A stretch of DNA of 64,000 nt from contig OY970399.1 in the NCBI GenBank assembly GCA_963720545.1, positions 1,920,001-1,984,000 on the forward strand. The letters are read 5' to 3'. A program made the position numbers and the translations under genes. Source of the stretch: an uncultured Acidobacteriota bacterium (lineage in GTDB: Bacteria > Acidobacteriota > Vicinamibacteria > Fen-336). Shown piece by piece: positions 62,423-64,000 of the stretch. Below the pieces are notes generated by a model. It did not search any database. It saw only the letters and a list, made by a program, of their open reading frames with translations, and had not been told where the DNA came from. Numbering within the stretch: position 1 is the stretch's first letter; each line of letters opens with the position of its first letter.

Positions 62423-63354
62423 CCCCTCTAATCAGATATCACCAAGTATCGGCGGCCGCTTTGTCGTTGTTCCTGCTCGCCGTTCCCCATAGTGCCAGCA
62501 GCGCTGCCGCAAGCGCTCAGTTCCAGATGACCATCGACGGCGGACACGCGTTCCTCAAGAACGGTTCCCAGCTGGTGGCGGGGACGGTGAAATACCCGGA
62601 TTCCACCACGGCAACTACCTGTATCTCGAAGAGGGCGACGCCGCAGCGATCGCGGGCGTGAAGTACATCGAGCCATCCGTGAAACCAGTAAACGGAATCG
62701 ACGTGCGGTACTGGTCGATCGAGGGCTACAAGGTCACGATTTGTCCCGATGGCGACTGCTCCTCAACTGCGGAGGTGACACTGCCGGCTGACACGCCGGA
62801 AAAAATGGCCTGCGCTCCTGGCGAAAACATGGACAACCTGTTGTACATCCCCTCGATGTAGAAGCTCAACCCGGGCAAGCCGCCCAAGGCCGACTGGCCC
62901 ACGAAGCTCTCGGCGCAAGTTCGTGTTGCAGGCGGGAGCACTCAAGATCGCCAACAGGTACGGTTGCTTTGCGTTCGTGGACCGAAACGGCAAGGAAGTC
63001 ATCCCTCGCCAACCCTTGGCCAGCAACATGGCGATTCTCTACAGCCTGCCTCTATCGAGCTACGTCGAGGTCCGTCTCGAGCCGCTCCCGGGCAGCGGCA
63101 AGGAGCCCACCGGCATTCGCATGACCCAGAAGAACGGGGCAATCACCACCACACTGACAACAGTCGTGCCGGGAACACCGCCGGACCCGCCACTGAAAGA
63201 CGGTGAGGAAGTCGTGCACTTCAAGATGTTTTACGAGCTGAATGGGGTGCCACCACGCGAACAAGTGCGCCTGATTTACCACCCGGTGCCCGGAGCCGCT
63301 GGGCGGCCAGCCAGGCCCGGCAGCGTATGCCCGCCAGCTCGCTTCTTCCGCTGA
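62419..63354 (+). pseudogene. Exported hypothetical protein broken into three ORF pieces
   Basis: AAGGAG RBS and signal peptide at 62419; frame change near 62605, in-frame TAG at 62859-62861, another frame change near 62915. Confidence 0.5.
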
Positions 63355-63364
63355 TCCACTGACG

Positions 63365-64000
63365 TCAGCGAGCGTCTCGTTGCGCCGACGCCACGAACAG
63401 GCCGGCCCACGAGTGCCACGGCGCCCCCGCGTTGAGAAGCTCGAGTTGCGCTTGGCGCAACGCGTCGGCTGCCGAATGGCCCGCACGGTAGGAGTTGTGA
63501 AACCGGACCGAGAGGTCGCGCGCGTTCCGGTCCTCGAGTTTCCACAAGGAGCCGATGACCGCGGGCACGCCCGCGATCAGGAAGGGCCGAGCCAGCGTGA
63601 TCGGCCCTTCGCCGCGCAGGAGCGTGCCGACACCGGTCTCGCAACTGCTCAGGACGACGAGGCGGACACGACGCAGGTCGAGCCTCCCGAGCTGCTCGAG
63701 ATCGACCTGGTCGGTGCCGTCGCCAAGGATGAGCCGCGACCGCCAGGGTGAAATGTCGTTCACCCTGGCGTGGCCGGCGAAGTGAAAAATGTCGGCGCCA
63801 CCCATCGCCAGCCGCAGTCGCGCACTGCTGCTGTGCCCGGGCTCTATCAGCGTGCTGCGTGGATACAGGGCGGGCAATTTCATGGAGTTCGCGCGAAGAC
63901 TCGGGCAGGTCGGCCGTACCGCCGACGAGCAACGGCATCGGCGGGGATTGCCGGCGGGCAAGCCCCGACTTCGCGACCGATTGGTAGTAAGCGGCGCTCG
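63365..64000 (-). CDS. CHAT (caspase HetF-associated) protease domain, C-terminal part; frameshift near 63873; runs off the right edge
   Basis: IFHFAGHA (His), VLSSCETG (Cys), AGVPAVIGSLW, ALRQAQL, WAG; upstream LPESSRELHEIA lies in another frame. Confidence 0.85.
   Translation of the reverse strand, partial: RAPLTTNRSRSRGLPAGNPRRCRCSSAVRPTCPSLRANSMKLPALYPRSTLIEPGHSSSARLRLAMGGADIFHFAGHARVNDISPWRSRLILGDGTDQVDLEQLGRLDLRRVRLVVLSSCETGVGTLLRGEGPITLARPFLIAGVPAVIGSLWKLEDRNARDLSVRFHNSYRAGHSAADALRQAQLELLNAGAPWHSWAGLFVASAQRDAR

Noticed and set aside
62859..62861. In-frame TAG as pyrrolysine or programmed readthrough
   Set aside because: It sits among several frameshifts, and TAG is used as a normal stop by many genes in the window.

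Overview
A very GC-rich bacterial window, densely coding, with about 54 real genes. The gene repertoire (wHTH-FHA, CHAT, S9 peptidases, sigma-54 two-component system) suggests Acidobacteriota, but that is inference. Most long ORFs in the six-frame track are GC-driven shadow frames. Ordinary content: POT and APC transporters, PmbA, a polyamine ABC system with a PotC-PotD fusion, folA, peptidases, amidohydrolases, PPK2, fabH and a LolA-like/MacB-type ABC operon. The main candidate for an undescribed system is a ~13 kb minus-strand operon of exported proteins (27435-40485): beta-propeller, ITIH-like VIT-vWA protein, ~2480-aa TPR-like giant and a 511-aa unknown. A PBP-transpeptidase/SpoIID fusion (YfaQ-like) lies nearby, so this may be an envelope surveillance/repair machine. 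Other notable items: a CxxC/RGPP ribosome-arrest-type leader upstream of an outer-membrane receptor, a UAS-IHF-sigma54 promoter in front of a ComEA-like protein, a chain of MTQ minigenes made by an 8-bp repeat, a hairpin-dense intergenic element, a stand-alone phospholipase A2-like gene, a recurring leaderless-promoter signature, and a frameshift-rich CHAT/trypsin region at the right end. No rRNA, tRNA, CRISPR array or transposase was recognised. All family assignments come from motif recognition by eye; no database searches were run.
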